51,658 bases of DNA from a virus (Duplodnaviria > Caudoviricetes). Under the pieces are notes generated by a model. The model was not told where the DNA came from and searched no databases. It was given only the letters and a program-made list of their open reading frames with translations. The stretch is from IMG/VR virus record IMGVR_UViG_3300017644_000127, positions 1 to 51,658 of that record; one strand, written 5' to 3'. Position numbers and translations under genes: made by a program. Positions 17,065-25,637 of the stretch are shown in pieces (position 1 is the stretch's first letter; every line of letters begins with the position of its first letter).

Positions 17065-17487
17065 TCAGGCGGGAATGGCCGTGATGTTGAACTCGGCGAC
17101 CGCGTGCCATCGATCGGCCTCGGGCTCGTCGCGCATGATGTTGGTGTTGATCCAGTCGTTCTCGATGATGCCGAGGTTGTCAGGATCGAAGGTCTTCATC
17201 CGCTCGACGATCAGCGCGGCGATCCGCAGCGCCTGGTCTTCGCCGGCAATGCCGACCTTCGTTTCCGCGAAGGCGTGCAGCGTCACCCGAACCGTCGCAC
17301 CATCCCAGCATGTCGCCTCATACGGGCTGGCGATCGGGCTGCCGTAGCGAATATATGGCCATGTCGGGTTGGCCGGCACCGCCAGGCCATACATCCGGGC
17401 CACGGGCACGATGGCCGTTAGATCGGTGTCGCCCTCCAGATGGCTGATGACGGCGATCTTGAGCGGGCCGGTGATGTCAGTTGGCAT
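17065..17487 (-). CDS. Tail terminator (DUF3168-like)
   Basis: PTWPYIRYG, VTLHAF, WHAVAEF; ATG 17487. Confidence 0.75.
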   Translation of the reverse strand: MPTDITGPLKIAVISHLEGDTDLTAIVPVARMYGLAVPANPTWPYIRYGSPIASPYEATCWDGATVRVTLHAFAETKVGIAGEDQALRIAALIVERMKTFDPDNLGIIENDWINTNIMRDEPEADRWHAVAEFNITAIPA

Positions 17488-17767
17488 CGAAGACCACCCG
17501 ACCATCCTTGCCGACGCGGGCATTGGCCGGCTTCTCGATGATCTCGATCGCGCCCGCGGCAAGGCCAGCCTGGACGCAAGCCAGCGGCTCATAGGCGATC
17601 TGGCCTCGTCGGAATGCCTTCATCTTGTTCGGCGCGAAGAGCCAGTCGAACCGGTCGGCCGTGACACGGAACCACCGCGAGCTCGCGCTCGACACCGCCT
17701 GCTTGTAGGCCTGCTCACCTGTCACCTCAGGTTCGGCCGCCTGGGCGGCTTTCTTCGCTCGTGCCAT
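17477..17767 (-). CDS. Hypothetical virion-module protein
   Basis: GGAG RBS; coupled within the neck cluster. Confidence 0.6.
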   Translation of the reverse strand: MARAKKAAQAAEPEVTGEQAYKQAVSSASSRWFRVTADRFDWLFAPNKMKAFRRGQIAYEPLACVQAGLAAGAIEIIEKPANARVGKDGRVVFDAN

Positions 17768-17770
17768 GGC

Positions 17771-18163
17771 CTACTCCTCCGTTGCATCTCGAATGCCACG
17801 CATTTCCCAATAGGCGCGGGCCGGGTCTTGGGTGATGCCGAACAGCTTCCACCGGCGCATCTCGCCTGAACGAAAGTCCCTGGCCATAACGATGTCGTCG
17901 GTCGTCAACTCGGGTCCATCGACAGCAGCCTGGAGAACGAGAAGCCTGACATCCTTGTCGGTGTATCCCGCTTGCTGGCGCATGGCCTCGGTGCAGGCAT
18001 CGACCTGAACCTTTATCGGGACCGGCGGCTGCTCGACGGGGATGCCGCTGCCGCCTGGCTGGCGATCCATGGTCACCCGGATCAGTTGACCATCGCCATA
18101 GATCGACGACAGGACAGAACCGAAGATGCCCTGTAGGGCGTCGGTGTCGAGCAGGCCGGCCAT
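17771..18163 (-). CDS. Head-closure / head-tail adaptor protein
   Basis: ATG 18163; DVRLLVLQ...DPARAYW. Confidence 0.65.
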   Translation of the reverse strand: MAGLLDTDALQGIFGSVLSSIYGDGQLIRVTMDRQPGGSGIPVEQPPVPIKVQVDACTEAMRQQAGYTDKDVRLLVLQAAVDGPELTTDDIVMARDFRSGEMRRWKLFGITQDPARAYWEMRGIRDATEE

Positions 18164-18633
18164 CAGAAGAACACTCCGGGCCAGCCATACGCAGGCCCGC
18201 ACCAGTCCTTGGCGTATGGGCTTGGCCGCACGCCAGAGGACACCATTGCGACACGCGGGCCGCCCTTGTTGAGCCCCAGAAGGAACACGTAGTAGCGGCC
18301 GCACGGGGTGGAATTGAGCCAGTCCAGATACGTGGATTGCTCACCAGCATCGCGGCGAAACCGGTTCAGGGTGAGCGTCCCGGACTTGATGCTTTCGAAC
18401 TCCGCTGCGCCGGTCTTGTGGGACTGGCTGGCCGCATCGGTCCCGAGCCCTTCCAGCGTCATCAGATGGCAGGCGAAGGCGATGATGGCGTTCTGGTAGT
18501 CGCCCGCCGTCCATGACTGGTCGACGACGCGGCCTGCCATGTCGAGGTACATCTGCACCGTCTCATCGGACACTGCCGAAAACTGCGGCTTGGCCGTCTT
18601 GAACTGTGCCGGCGTGACGGGTTCGTAGGCCAC
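18163..18633 (-). CDS. Head-tail connector (DUF4054-like)
   Basis: FKTAKPQFSAVSD...ACHLMTL...STPCGRYY. Confidence 0.75.
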   Translation of the reverse strand: MAYEPVTPAQFKTAKPQFSAVSDETVQMYLDMAGRVVDQSWTAGDYQNAIIAFACHLMTLEGLGTDAASQSHKTGAAEFESIKSGTLTLNRFRRDAGEQSTYLDWLNSTPCGRYYVFLLGLNKGGPRVAMVSSGVRPSPYAKDWCGPAYGWPGVFF

Positions 18634-18635
18634 GA

Positions 18636-18926
18636 TCAGCCCTCCAGGGCGGCGTCGATGCGCTTCTGCAGTTCTTCGGCGTCCCAGCCCATGAAGGGCT
18701 TCTTGCCGGTCACTTCGGTGTAGTCGGCGCGAAGGCGGGCGAGATCGTCGGCGGGCTGCTGTTCGGCGCTCTCGCGGATCTCGAAATAGCCCAGCGTCCG
18801 ATAAAACGGCAGGTGCAACGGATCGACCTCGACCGTGATTTCGCCGCGCGCTGGCAGCCGTGCCGTCGTCCCGTCCTTGAGGCGGATGTCATACGGGCTG
18901 TTCACGAGGTTCTTGATGGTGTGCAT
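18636..18926 (-). CDS. Hypothetical head-module protein
   Basis: GGAGA RBS; C-terminal LRADYTEVTGKKP..GWDAEELQKRI helical motif. Confidence 0.65.
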   Translation of the reverse strand: MHTIKNLVNSPYDIRLKDGTTARLPARGEITVEVDPLHLPFYRTLGYFEIRESAEQQPADDLARLRADYTEVTGKKPFMGWDAEELQKRIDAALEG

Positions 18927-18995
18927 CGCCGTGTCTCCGGTGAGGTGAAGCGGCCCCAGCAAATGCCGGGACCGCGAACGCTATAGCGGCGCCGA

Positions 18996-20012
18996 TCAGG
19001 AAGCCGGCGGCACTGGCGTGATGCCGTCGAGGTAGCGCATCGACAGGGGCCGCTTGACGTCCACCGGGCCGGTGCGCGAGATGCCGGGCACAACGTAGTT
19101 CAGAGGGCCGTCCTGGTACGTCGGCAGGAACCGGAACGGCATCGGAAGCGGAAGCTCGAGCACGTCCTGGCTGTTGCGGTAACCGATGCCACGGCCGCCA
19201 CCGGCTACCCCGACCGTTGCCGCCTTCGACAGTTCCGCAAGGTCGCGGATCATGAGGGGCCGACCGGTGCGGAGCGTGTAGACGTTCGTCTCCATCACAT
19301 ACTGCAGGATCGACTTGCCGGGGCTCGTGACGCCATAGGGCGTGCCGGCGATGTACCGGTAGGCAAGCGACGGCAGCAGCACCGTATCCGCGAGCGTGCT
19401 CGTCAGCACCTGATCCGGGTTCGCGATGGGTCCCATGATCAGGATGTTGATGTCGCGGACGATCTGCTCCGGGGTTTTGTTGCCGACGCCCGTGTTCAGC
19501 ACCCATGCCGTCTGCGGCGCAGCGGTTCCGTCGTTGGGGGCGGCGGTCGGGGTGATGTACTGGCTGTTGAGGAGGCCGGTCCACTTCTTCACGGCCGATC
19601 CGAACAGCACGTTGTTCCAGAGGAATTCCTCGGAAGCCCGGCGGGCGGCTTCGGCGCGGCGGTTGGTCAGGGGGAAACCCTGGAAGGCCGCCTTGCCCAA
19701 CTCCTCGATGTTCCACTGATAGCCGACGGCATACATGTCGAAGCTGGTCGACACCATGGCGAGGGTCGTGTCGGCGAGCGGGATGTCCTTGGCATAGCCG
19801 GACTGCCATTCCGCCTTACCGACGATGTCGCCGATCAGGGTGTCGACGCCGGACGCCCATTCGGGATAGTCGCGGTTGATCGGCACGAGAGCGGCATAAT
19901 CCATCTCGGGATATTCGATCTCGTAGATTCGGGCATTGAGCACGTGGCTCTGCTGACGCGCGAAGCTGAAGACCAGCGCCGGATCAGCGTCGAAGATATT
20001 GAAGGGCTGCAT
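18996..20012 (-). CDS. Major capsid protein (DUF2184-like, HK97 fold)
   Basis: 338 aa after the decoration gene; YEIEYPE, GYQWNIEEL, TGLLN, YLDGI motifs. Confidence 0.85.
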   Translation of the reverse strand: MQPFNIFDADPALVFSFARQQSHVLNARIYEIEYPEMDYAALVPINRDYPEWASGVDTLIGDIVGKAEWQSGYAKDIPLADTTLAMVSTSFDMYAVGYQWNIEELGKAAFQGFPLTNRRAEAARRASEEFLWNNVLFGSAVKKWTGLLNSQYITPTAAPNDGTAAPQTAWVLNTGVGNKTPEQIVRDINILIMGPIANPDQVLTSTLADTVLLPSLAYRYIAGTPYGVTSPGKSILQYVMETNVYTLRTGRPLMIRDLAELSKAATVGVAGGGRGIGYRNSQDVLELPLPMPFRFLPTYQDGPLNYVVPGISRTGPVDVKRPLSMRYLDGITPVPPAS

Positions 20013-20070
20013 GGGAGCAAAGTTCCTTGTGAAAGACTTCAGCCTGGCGGCGTTCTGTCAGAGTTGTGGA

Positions 20071-20544
20071 TCAGGGTGCGGGCGGAGCAGCCGGGATGCG
20101 GCGGAGCCGGATCAGCACCAGGTCGCCGTCGGCAGCGGCCGCGCTGTCGAACTCGGCGTTCGGGATCAGCGTATTGCTGGTGGCCGTGCTGGTGTATTTG
20201 CCGGACGCCGGGATCCAGTAGACCGGCGAGCCAGCCGTGCAGGCACCTCCGGCAAGAGCCCAAATCACGCCGCTCTCCATCACCGGGACGTTGTAGCCCT
20301 CGGGATAGGTATCGGCGCCGATCGTTACGTCGGCTTCGGTGAGGCCACGGAAAACACCGGTGCCGTCGTATTTCTTCACCTGCTCGCCTGCGGTACCCCG
20401 CATGACGGGCTGGGCGAAGCCGATGGGATTGGCGGCCGTGTCTTCGGCGAGACCGGTGAGGCCGTTCCACTCCTCCATGTTCTGACGGCGGCCGACGGCC
20501 CCCGGTGCCATGGAGGTCGGAATGGAAGTCTGAAGCGGAGGCAT
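20071..20544 (-). CDS. Head decoration / cement protein
   Basis: IGFAQPV...VPVMESGVIW; located between scaffold and capsid genes. Confidence 0.75.
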   Translation of the reverse strand: MPPLQTSIPTSMAPGAVGRRQNMEEWNGLTGLAEDTAANPIGFAQPVMRGTAGEQVKKYDGTGVFRGLTEADVTIGADTYPEGYNVPVMESGVIWALAGGACTAGSPVYWIPASGKYTSTATSNTLIPNAEFDSAAAADGDLVLIRLRRIPAAPPAP

Positions 20545-20561
20545 ATCCGTCTTCTCCTATG

Positions 20562-20584
20562 AAAAAGCCGCCTCAGAGGGCGGC
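20562..20584 (-). terminator. Intrinsic terminator-like hairpin inside the head operon
   Basis: GCCGCC-N6-GGCGGC followed by T5 on the minus strand. Confidence 0.55.
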
Positions 20585-20614
20585 ATGTTGCGGGAGGATG
20601 GGGAGAGCCGGCGC

Positions 20615-21730
20615 TTACGCCGACTTCTTGCGATCGAACCGGGCCAGATACGCGGCGTGGGCGTCCTTCTCGGCCTTTGCAGCATCGGACAGGTTCGCCG
20701 ACGGCCGGAGATGTGTGATCGCATCGCGCAGCTGGTCGCCGCCCTTGATTTCCTCGGCGAGGATGTCGAAACGGGCGTCGACATAGGCCTGGGGCTTGTC
20801 CTTGATCGCTGCATCGCCGAGCTTGGCGACCACAGCGGCCTTGCGGATTTCATCGTCGGACTTGCCATCCGTGGCGATGCTCGGCGCGATGGCCTTGGCC
20901 TTGGCGATCAGATCGGCACGAGCCGCCACCTTGGCGTCGAGCGCGGCACCGTCGAGGATCTTGCCCTTGAGGCTGTCGATCTCGGCGTCCTTCTTGGCGA
21001 GTTCGCTATCCTTGGCCGCGATGGCCGCCTGATGAGCCTTTTCGGCATCGGCAAGCTTGGTCAGGAGCGAATCCTTGTCCTTTGTCAGCTTCTCGATCGC
21101 CTGGGCGCCCTGGTCGGTCGTTTCGACCGACAGGCCGTCCACCAATACAGTGCGAAGTTTGTCGGTCATGGACCGGTTTCCTTTCTTGTCGTCACCGATC
21201 TTGAGGTTGGAACCGCCCCTCGCCGCGGTGACGACCGCGAGGTGGTTCATTCGGAGAGTGCGCTGCACAGCGTCATAGGGCTGGCCGTCCGGCGTGACGC
21301 CATCGGTGAACTGCAGATCGGTCGAATAGCCCATGGAGAGTTCGCGCTTGCCGTTCTCGACGGCGGCGATGGCGTCGGCGTCCATGAGGACCAGGGGGAC
21401 CCGGACAAATTCCCCGTCCCGCGCCACCTCCCCGCCGGTCTGTCCGACCGCGTACCGCTTCCAGTTGTCGGCCGTCACGGCCTCGCTGGGATGGTCGATG
21501 GTGACGGGGCGGAAAGCGTAGGAATGGAGCGCGTCCTTGCTGAACACCTCCTCCTCGGGCCTGTAGACACGCACCACGGCCTTGTCGCGCAGGCCGTGCT
21601 TGTTCTCGGGGTCGACCTCATAGCCGGCGTAGGCCTGGATGCCCGTGCGGGCGACCCTGGCATCAGCCACGAGGTATCCGTCGCTGGTCCGGCGAACGCC
21701 GTCCAACGTGATCTTGTCGGTGAGGAGCAT
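20615..21730 (-). CDS. Prohead protease/scaffold (DUF2213)
   Basis: ARTGIQ.Y, VYRPEEEVF, PVTIDHP, ELSMGY, NHLAVV..ARGG; coiled-coil C-terminus. Confidence 0.9.
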   Translation of the reverse strand: MLLTDKITLDGVRRTSDGYLVADARVARTGIQAYAGYEVDPENKHGLRDKAVVRVYRPEEEVFSKDALHSYAFRPVTIDHPSEAVTADNWKRYAVGQTGGEVARDGEFVRVPLVLMDADAIAAVENGKRELSMGYSTDLQFTDGVTPDGQPYDAVQRTLRMNHLAVVTAARGGSNLKIGDDKKGNRSMTDKLRTVLVDGLSVETTDQGAQAIEKLTKDKDSLLTKLADAEKAHQAAIAAKDSELAKKDAEIDSLKGKILDGAALDAKVAARADLIAKAKAIAPSIATDGKSDDEIRKAAVVAKLGDAAIKDKPQAYVDARFDILAEEIKGGDQLRDAITHLRPSANLSDAAKAEKDAHAAYLARFDRKKSA

Positions 21731-21738
21731 GGAGACCT

Positions 21739-22506
21739 CTAGCTGAGGACGAAGCCTGTGATGGTGCCGGTCGCGTCTACCTGGGGAGTGATCGTGTCGA
21801 CGTAGGTGCCGGTGACCGGAACCTGTATATCCACGTTGTTCGCGACCAATGCGGCATTGGGCGGAAGCACGGCGCGAGGTGCGCTGCCGTTAAGCTGGAA
21901 CGTGCCGCCGATGCCCGATGTGCCGCTCTGGATCGAGATTTCTATCCCCGCACCCACGCTGAGGACGGTATCGGTCGCATTGATGAGCGGGAAGTTCTGC
22001 CAGTTGCCCTGATCGACGGCGATTGTCGCCCCTGCCGTGCGCCCGTGCTGGTCCGCTATCGTGATCGGAGCGGCGTTGATCGCGATCTTTGTCGTCGCGT
22101 TCGCGAGCTGGACATCTCCGGAATTATTGGCGACGCGGGCGATTCCCGCGACCATTCCGCCACCGGCCCCGAAATCCAGAACATCGATGTTGTCGGCCCC
22201 ATCCTGAATGACGGCATAGTTGGCCGGTAGGGTTATGCCCTCCAGCGTGTTCGGATCGGTCGATGTGTCGATGTCGGCCGTGCCCTGCGCGAGCTGAGCG
22301 CTCCCGTCGGAGTTGAGGATCGAAACCGCCTCGCCGTCCGTCACCGCCACCCCGTCAGCGGGGATGCCGCCGGAGAGGACATTGACGGCGACTGCCGACT
22401 GCATCGAGCCATCCGTGGCGACGTAGGGCTGTGCCGGCTTCTCCACCACATTGACCGTCGGGACCTGCTGCAGGCCACCGGCGGTGTCGAGGAAACTGTC
22501 TGCCAT
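21739..22506 (-). CDS. Beta-rich repeat virion protein (possible head fibre)
   Basis: About five degenerate ~40-aa Gly/Val/Ile/Thr-rich repeats. Confidence 0.55.
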   Translation of the reverse strand: MADSFLDTAGGLQQVPTVNVVEKPAQPYVATDGSMQSAVAVNVLSGGIPADGVAVTDGEAVSILNSDGSAQLAQGTADIDTSTDPNTLEGITLPANYAVIQDGADNIDVLDFGAGGGMVAGIARVANNSGDVQLANATTKIAINAAPITIADQHGRTAGATIAVDQGNWQNFPLINATDTVLSVGAGIEISIQSGTSGIGGTFQLNGSAPRAVLPPNAALVANNVDIQVPVTGTYVDTITPQVDATGTITGFVLS

Positions 22507-22916
22507 CACCCTCTCCTGATCGTCACGCGCACCGCCTGGGCGACCTTCTGCCCGACCTTCTTCCGGTTCTTCTCGGTCGCGGGCCGCATGAATGGGCGCT
22601 CCGCCATCTTGGACGTTCCGTATTCCAGCGCGGCCGAGTATGGCGCGTTGCTGGTCACATGCACCGTGGGCGGGTTTTGCGCCTCGACGGTGGTCTCGAT
22701 ATTCGTGTCCAGGGTACCCGTGTCCCGGTTCGGCGGCTGGCCAGGGGCGGAGGGCACATGCCCCTTCCCCGACACACTGCCTTGTGTGATCGAATGCTCG
22801 GCTTCTAGCTCGATGTCCTGTCCGGCCGAGTAGAGCGCCGCCGTGATCTGCTTGGCGCCCTGCCGCATGTTCTGGAGGCGCTTCTTGTGGCGGTCCATCC
22901 CCTTAATGCTCGCCAT
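22506..22916 (-). CDS. HK97 gp10-family neck protein
   Basis: SAPGQPPNRDTG.L, YSAALEYGTSKMAERPFMRPA. Confidence 0.85.
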   Translation of the reverse strand: MASIKGMDRHKKRLQNMRQGAKQITAALYSAGQDIELEAEHSITQGSVSGKGHVPSAPGQPPNRDTGTLDTNIETTVEAQNPPTVHVTSNAPYSAALEYGTSKMAERPFMRPATEKNRKKVGQKVAQAVRVTIRRG

Positions 22917-23737
22917 CACTCCAACTCCAGAACACCCTTGGCCTTGCATCCACAGAACGGTGCCATGCCGGGCGGATCGTTCCGACCGACGTCGCTTGAC
23001 CAGGCGAACACCTTTCCGTTCCGGGCCAGATGCTCGGGCCGGTAGTGAAGCTTGCCCGAGTGCCGCCATTCGAAACTGGTCATGCCGACCTGCAATTGGC
23101 GCTGCCGATCGAGAGCCGACGAGAGTTTTTGCGTCTGGTCCATGGCGATGTTCAGAGCGCGGCGACGCGCCATGCCGGTAGCTTCGGCGATCTCCTTTGC
23201 CACCTCTCGGGCCGGGGTACGGTTCTGCAGCCCGCGGAACACAATGTCGGAAATCCGACCGCGGGCCTGATCCGACACGTCGCGGACCAACGCCACGTTG
23301 CGGGCGATCACATCCTCGATGGTCTCCTCGACGTCACCGGCATGCATCTGAGTGGTGAGGTCGACCTTGGTCGCGTAGAGCAGCGCCGAAACGAACCTGC
23401 GCATGTGCCATGTCTGCAGGGCATCGGCCCAGGCCTGGAATAGCCCGCGGAACGTGAAGACGGTCCTCACCGCCTCATTGTTGACGGCCTCGATCTCGAC
23501 CTCGACGTCGCCCGCGCGATCCCGTGTCAGGGCATCCGCTGCCCTCTGTTCGGCCAAGGCGCGCTCATAGGCGGGCACGATACGCTCACGGGCTCCCGTC
23601 ACCCACACCCGCACCGTTCGCATGTAGAGCCGGGCCAGATCGTCCCGCTGCGCCTTGGTCGGCTCGATCTGGGGGGCTTCGATGCGCGGGCGACGAATGC
23701 CTTGAGCTTTGGCGAGCCGGGCGAGGTCGATTTTCAT
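22916..23737 (-). CDS. Minor head protein (Mu gpF / SPP1 gp7-like)
   Basis: RALNIAMDQ, WRHSG..RPEHLARNG, PG..CGC C-terminus. Confidence 0.85.
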   Translation of the reverse strand: MKIDLARLAKAQGIRRPRIEAPQIEPTKAQRDDLARLYMRTVRVWVTGARERIVPAYERALAEQRAADALTRDRAGDVEVEIEAVNNEAVRTVFTFRGLFQAWADALQTWHMRRFVSALLYATKVDLTTQMHAGDVEETIEDVIARNVALVRDVSDQARGRISDIVFRGLQNRTPAREVAKEIAEATGMARRRALNIAMDQTQKLSSALDRQRQLQVGMTSFEWRHSGKLHYRPEHLARNGKVFAWSSDVGRNDPPGMAPFCGCKAKGVLELE

Positions 23738-23784
23738 GCGGCCTATAGTGGGCTAGAGCTTCTGGAGAGAGCGAGGGGGACGAC

Positions 23785-24267
23785 GTGATAGTCTGGGAAC
23801 TGATCCAAGGTGTTGGCGCGCTTGTCGGCCTAGCCACAGGCCTATTCGTACTTTGGGAGCGGATGACCAAGCATTCGCCGAACATTTTCGTGCGCTCCGA
23901 GCCCTTCCTTGGCGGTCAGAGATACCTATCCGTAAGAATTGAGAACCGATCTGACAGACCAATTTTCGTCGAGGCCCAGAATGGGGTCGAAAACGGAGAG
24001 TTGCGGGTTGCGATCGACAACAGCATCGAGGCAATTGTCACCTCCCTCCTCCCCGGCACTTCAACCTTTCTCGTGGACGGCAAGGAAACGAAGGACTTCC
24101 CGTTACTGAAGGGTCCAGATTTCTCCGAAATGGACCCCGTAAATGAGTGCACCCTGAGTATTCGGTGGCGGTTCGCGCAACCAATCCTTCTGCGTGCTTG
24201 GCGCCGGCGAACGATAAGCATCAGCAAGCAATCCCTGCAGATCCTTGAGGGCGAATTCGAAGACTAA
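23785..24267 (+). CDS. Moron: N-terminally membrane-anchored hypothetical protein
   Basis: Opposite strand between portal and gpF genes; GAGGGGG RBS; N-terminal TM. Confidence 0.65.
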   Translation: MIVWELIQGVGALVGLATGLFVLWERMTKHSPNIFVRSEPFLGGQRYLSVRIENRSDRPIFVEAQNGVENGELRVAIDNSIEAIVTSLLPGTSTFLVDGKETKDFPLLKGPDFSEMDPVNECTLSIRWRFAQPILLRAWRRRTISISKQSLQILEGEFED

Positions 24268-25637
24268 GCCTCGACGCCCTCCCCGGCTGTCTCCAAATCG
24301 GTCGGATCGGGCTCTACCTCGCCAAGCTCTTCGTCGGCTTCGGCTATGCCCTGCTCAAGCCCAGGCCAGCGCCCGCTCTCGATCATCCGGTTCTGGACGG
24401 CCTTGGCGAGTGCTGATGTCGGGACAAGCCCCGTCATGGCGTAGATGTTGGTGGTCTCGGCCTCCAACTTGTCGACCTCGGCCTGTTCCTTCTCCGTCGG
24501 CTGCCAGAGCGAGTTCCAGTCGTACCAGACCGATTCCGGCCGGGCACCGATACCAGAGCGGATCAACATTTCATCAAGTGGAGCGAGCGCGGGAGAAAGC
24601 GTCAGCTCCTGCTTCGACTTGACGTTGTCGTAATAGTTGCGGAGGTCGCCCTCTCCCGTCGCATTCAGGCCTTTGGCGCTGGTGCCGATCAACCTGGTGA
24701 CAGGGATGTCCGCCGCGCCCGATAGGATCGTCAGCAGCGTGGTCATGACATCGGGCAAGCCGGCCCATGTGACCTGTTTCTGGTCCCACTCGTCTTCCTT
24801 GTCGAGGAGGAGGACATTCGCCACGCTCTTCAGCATGGCCGCCATGCGATAGCGCTGGATAAGCACCGATTCATATTCGACCGATGCCATGCCCGTCATC
24901 AGGTTGGGTTGCCTGACGACGTCGATCTTGGCTTCCTGCATCAGCGCGCCGATCACCGCGGCGCCGGAATCCGCATTCCTGACCGCATCGGCAAGGTGCA
25001 GCCATACACTGTCGCCCCAGACATCGTTGCCGCCGAGGCGAGACGGCACCTTGCGGCCATTGACCAAGATGACCCGTGAGGGGTGAAGCGTGATCTGTTG
25101 CGCCCCGGTCCCGTTCAGGATCCAACGCTCAGGCTGCCCATAGAACTCGCTGAGCGGATCCCGGATGATTCCCTCCGGCTGCACGTCGTCAAAGCGGTGC
25201 AGGACGGTCAAGAACTTGACGGCACCTTTGTTCACGCGGGCGATCGGCAGAGGCAGCTCCGGGTCACCAGGGAGGCCGCCCGGGATGATGACAGCGCCGC
25301 CATAGAGCCGGGCCCAGATCAGTGCCTGCCGCACCTTCTGCTTGACCTGCAGGCGCTTCTCTTCCGCCTCGATTGCCTCGATCTGGGCTTGCTCAGCCTT
25401 CCATGACCGCCAGCCACGTGTGGCATCATCGGCCGGGATGTCGACGATCTTCCCGAACCATGTCGAGACACGATAGGCGTTCTCGAGCTCGACTTGGCTG
25501 CACTCCATCACATAGGAGTTGGCCGCCATCTTGGGATTGCCGGCACCCAGACCCGCCAGGAAGTTGGCAAAGCCGTCCGCGAATGTGACCACGCCATCCG
25601 TTGTGACCCGGACGCGCGGCTTTGCGATCTCATTCAT
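24264..25637 (-). CDS. Portal protein (DUF1073 family)
   Basis: IVDIPADDATR.W, ARLYGG, HPSRV, GAADIPVTRLIG.S..GLNATGEGD..NYYD. Confidence 0.9.
   Translation of the reverse strand: MNEIAKPRVRVTTDGVVTFADGFANFLAGLGAGNPKMAANSYVMECSQVELENAYRVSTWFGKIVDIPADDATRGWRSWKAEQAQIEAIEAEEKRLQVKQKVRQALIWARLYGGAVIIPGGLPGDPELPLPIARVNKGAVKFLTVLHRFDDVQPEGIIRDPLSEFYGQPERWILNGTGAQQITLHPSRVILVNGRKVPSRLGGNDVWGDSVWLHLADAVRNADSGAAVIGALMQEAKIDVVRQPNLMTGMASVEYESVLIQRYRMAAMLKSVANVLLLDKEDEWDQKQVTWAGLPDVMTTLLTILSGAADIPVTRLIGTSAKGLNATGEGDLRNYYDNVKSKQELTLSPALAPLDEMLIRSGIGARPESVWYDWNSLWQPTEKEQAEVDKLEAETTNIYAMTGLVPTSALAKAVQNRMIESGRWPGLEQGIAEADEELGEVEPDPTDLETAGEGVEA

Noticed and set aside
20585-21742. 385-aa plus-strand ORF (also 31260..32387 and 50168..51352)
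   Set aside because: Shadows of the DUF2213, dnaB and int genes respectively.
24264-25637. Possible 'anti-CBASS Acb1' label often attached to DUF1073 proteins
   Set aside because: Size, motifs and position after terL identify a portal; no 2H-phosphoesterase HxT motif pair is evident.
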